Origin: Phycisphaerae bacterium
Lineage (GTDB): Bacteria; Planctomycetota; Phycisphaerae; SM23-33
DNA length: 64,000 nucleotides
NCBI GenBank assembly: GCA_041687095.1
Contig: JAWLCQ010000006.1
Coordinates: 2,965-66,964 of the forward strand
Direction of reading: 5' to 3'
Every line of letters starts with the position of its first letter. The stretch's first letter is position 1. The notes below the pieces were generated by a model. The model was not told where the DNA came from and did no database searches. It saw nothing but the letters and a program-made list of their open reading frames with translations. Position numbers and translations under genes: made by a program. Of this stretch, positions 61,955 through 64,000 are shown one piece after another.

Positions 61955-64000
61955 ATGGGACAGCTTGGTGGGCTCTCGCGGAGAGGTGGGATATGTCTGG
62001 TACTTCTGACGGCGACCTGCACGTTGGCCGGGGCCGGCGATCCGGCGGCAAGGAGCAAGCCCGCGACGGCACCAAGTGCCGAACCCACACCTGCCATGGA
62101 TGTCAACAGCGACGCCATCCGCCGCGTCGTGCTCGCCCAACTCTGGGAACCCACGGACGAGGCCGTCGAGGAGATGAAGCGATTGCTCAAGGCATTGGTC
62201 TCCGCGGACGACGCCACTCGTGAAGCCGCGATCCAGCAGTTCCTCGCCAACCCCGCCCCGATCATGATTGCCATACGGAGGAGGGACCACATCGACCCCG
62301 GTTCACTGTTCACACCCGAGGAACGAGAGCGGCTGGAGGCTTTGGGCGAGCGGGAGGATGTTCGCCACGCCACGAAGGATGTGGGCGAACGGTTCAACTT
62401 CGCTGAATCGCAGGGGCTGATGAACCGCATCGACTACCTGATCGATCTGCTGGACTGGGCAAGTGTAGAGGACCGGGATACGGTAGCCGCACAGTTGCGG
62501 AAGCTCGCGCGTGCGGAGTTTGGCACGGACGTCGCGCAGTGGAAGGCATGGAGGGCGGAGCATCCAAACTGGGGGGCGCTCAACCAATTCGCTCCGGAGG
62601 TCGGCGACCTGTTGCGGCTGCAGTTGCGCGACGGACGCCTGCAACTCGACCGCCGACACTGGCAGGATTCGGCGGGCAGGATTGACAGGAAGGAGTTGGA
62701 AACGCGTCTGCTGGCGGGGAAGCGGGACCGTAGGTTGCACGCAGAGGAAAGGCGTGTCGAGTACGCCCGCCGTGTGCTCGAAGGACCGCCGGAACGACTA
62801 CTCTTTGAACGTTTGCGGATGGCGACGGAGTCACTGGGCTGCGGGCGGCGGGAGGGCGGGGGAGTCGTGCGGTGGACCTTCAGGGCGAATGGGCTCTCTG
62901 GCGTCATGTCGCACCGCAGCAACCGCACGTTCCGGTTGGGCCCACGCAACACCCCGCAGGTCACGCAGGGGGCTTTGATCCAGTTCACGCTGGTCGAGTC
63001 CGCACACCCCCGACGACGGCTGGAGGTGTACGAGGATGATGCGGGACGGCTGCGTCTGCTGCTGATCGACCGGGAGGACGGTTCGATCGTGGTGCTCGAC
63101 CAGCGGGAGAACGGGGCGATCGCGGCCGGCTGGGCCGGTGCCGGCGGTGCGTCGGCTCTCCGCGCGGACTCCTTTGACAGACTGCTAGGCATGCACGGGC
63201 GGGCGGTTCGGGAATGGGTGCTGGGCCCGCTGGTGGATGCGGGCGTGGCGCTGCCCGCTCTGCCAGAGCCTTCCACCGAGCCCGACGCCCCCGTCGTCGC
63301 CCAGGAACCGCCCGACGGTGCTGCGGATTGGGGGAGAGGCGCGTTCGAGGATGTTGCGTCCGATGTCGGCCGCTTGGTCGTTCTCGCCGCTGACGCCAAC
63401 GGCCTGCTCGTGGACCGCGAGCACTGGTGCGAAGGAGTGCCCGAGGAGGACCGCAAGCGACTGGCGGAGACGGATTTCGATCGACTGGGATGTTTCAAGG
63501 ACAGCGAAGGGTTGCTGAGGCACTACACCGGGGAGCGGGCCCGGACCATGCGCGGGGCAATCGAGGTGATGAGCCTGCTCTACCTGGCGTGCCAGAACCG
63601 CGACGGCCACGGAGGCGGGACCGGGTGCGGGAGCGGGACGCACCTTCTGGACTGCGACTTCTCCTGCAGCAGCATGTACGTAACGCTCACGTTACGACCG
63701 GGCACGGCGATCTCGCTGTCTGAGAACAAGGACCCGTCTCGCAGTATCGAGATCAAAGAGGACGGTGCTGGTGCACTGTGGGTGATCTTCTGCGGAGAAG
63801 CCGACGGAGCGTTGCTTGTCATCAACCAGGGAGCGAACGGGCGGTTCAGTCTCGTCGAGCGCAGTGGCGGCGAGCTCTTCACCGCCACCGCCGATTCCTA
63901 CCGGGCGTTCGCTCGCAGATATCCCCGCTACCTCCACGAGCGGGCGATGGCGTCCCTGCGCCAACTGGGCGTCCTGACGCCCCCCGACCTGTGCGGGCCG
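61955..64000 (+). CDS. Hypothetical secreted protein, 3' partial (runs off window end); Cys/Gly-rich segment near 63.6 kb
   Basis: It has a signal peptide 'ICLVLLTATCTLAGAGDPAA' and RBS GGAGAGGAG. The frame stays open from 61955 to the window end once the 1-nt display offset near 63.3 kb is allowed for. It contains 'CQNRDGHGGGTGCGSGTHLLDCDFSCSS'. The antisense ORF 62434-63498 is Ser/Arg-rich and judged spurious. Confidence 0.6.
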   Translation, partial: MGQLGGLSRRGGICLVLLTATCTLAGAGDPAARSKPATAPSAEPTPAMDVNSDAIRRVVLAQLWEPTDEAVEEMKRLLKALVSADDATREAAIQQFLANPAPIMIAIRRRDHIDPGSLFTPEERERLEALGEREDVRHATKDVGERFNFAESQGLMNRIDYLIDLLDWASVEDRDTVAAQLRKLARAEFGTDVAQWKAWRAEHPNWGALNQFAPEVGDLLRLQLRDGRLQLDRRHWQDSAGRIDRKELETRLLAGKRDRRLHAEERRVEYARRVLEGPPERLLFERLRMATESLGCGRREGGGVVRWTFRANGLSGVMSHRSNRTFRLGPRNTPQVTQGALIQFTLVESAHPRRRLEVYEDDAGRLRLLLIDREDGSIVVLDQRENGAIAAGWAGAGGASALRADSFDRLLGMHGRAVREWVLGPLVDAGVALPALPEPSTEPDAPVVAQEPPDGAADWGRGAFEDVASDVGRLVVLAADANGLLVDREHWCEGVPEEDRKRLAETDFDRLGCFKDSEGLLRHYTGERARTMRGAIEVMSLLYLACQNRDGHGGGTGCGSGTHLLDCDFSCSSMYVTLTLRPGTAISLSENKDPSRSIEIKEDGAGALWVIFCGEADGALLVINQGANGRFSLVERSGGELFTATADSYRAFARRYPRYLHERAMASLRQLGVLTPPDLCGP

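Noticed and set aside
63237-63518. ORF-track entries near 63.3-63.7 kb (63237-63518, 63427-63723) versus my reading frame of the last gene
   Set aside because: The displayed sequence totals 63,999 characters; the last line has 39 nt. One base seems to be missing near 63,300, likely in the C-run after ...CGTCGTCGC. With the extra C implied by the ORF-track translations, the 61955 frame stays open to the window end and the short ORFs are alternative-frame artefacts. Coordinates I give beyond ~63.3 kb may be off by 1.

Overview
This is a 64-kb, very high-GC (~68-70 %) chromosomal segment with typical Planctomycetota-like features: class-III signal-peptide pseudopilins, many TPR proteins, a giant secreted protein and a sulfatase remnant. 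Every call below rests on reading the six-frame translations and the DNA by eye; I ran no searches.

The window has a housekeeping backbone: MnmE-like GTPase fragment, UvrD/PcrA helicase, MutS2, an LptF/LptG pair, FtsK, dUTPase, a standalone CoaB, an aldo/keto reductase, a GH65 phosphorylase and a nucleoside hydrolase.

Two large, tightly packed, convergent operons dominate the centre:
- On the + strand (18501-32888) a type IV pilus / T2SS-like module encodes PilB-PilT-PilB-PilC, six prepilin-type pseudopilins and a ~1000-aa GspK-like minor pilin. No secretin or PilMNO/GspLM is present in the window.
- On the - strand (49290-33784) a ~15.5-kb operon encodes a 2611-aa secreted protein, two secreted TPR proteins, ExbB/TolQ, two ExbD/TolR, a small TolA-like coiled-coil membrane protein and a DUF4159-type membrane protein. 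There is no TonB C-domain, TonB-dependent transporter, TolB or Pal. I read this as a candidate uncharacterised proton-motive-force-driven envelope machine.

The intergenic DNA is unusually rich in repeats and nested palindromes:
- A ~105-bp MITE-like family with 4-5 copies; two copies sit exactly where the MnmE-like gene is cut short.
- An ~80-bp family with a 10-bp terminal inverted repeat.
- A ~340-bp palindrome built from a recurring 'CCCTGCCGGGAC' motif.
- Several other IR-bounded elements of 100-270 bp.

No rRNA, tRNA, CRISPR array, integrase or transposase gene was recognised. Many long antisense ORFs in the track are high-GC artefacts. The displayed sequence appears to be 63,999 nt, one short of the ORF-track coordinates beyond ~63.3 kb.
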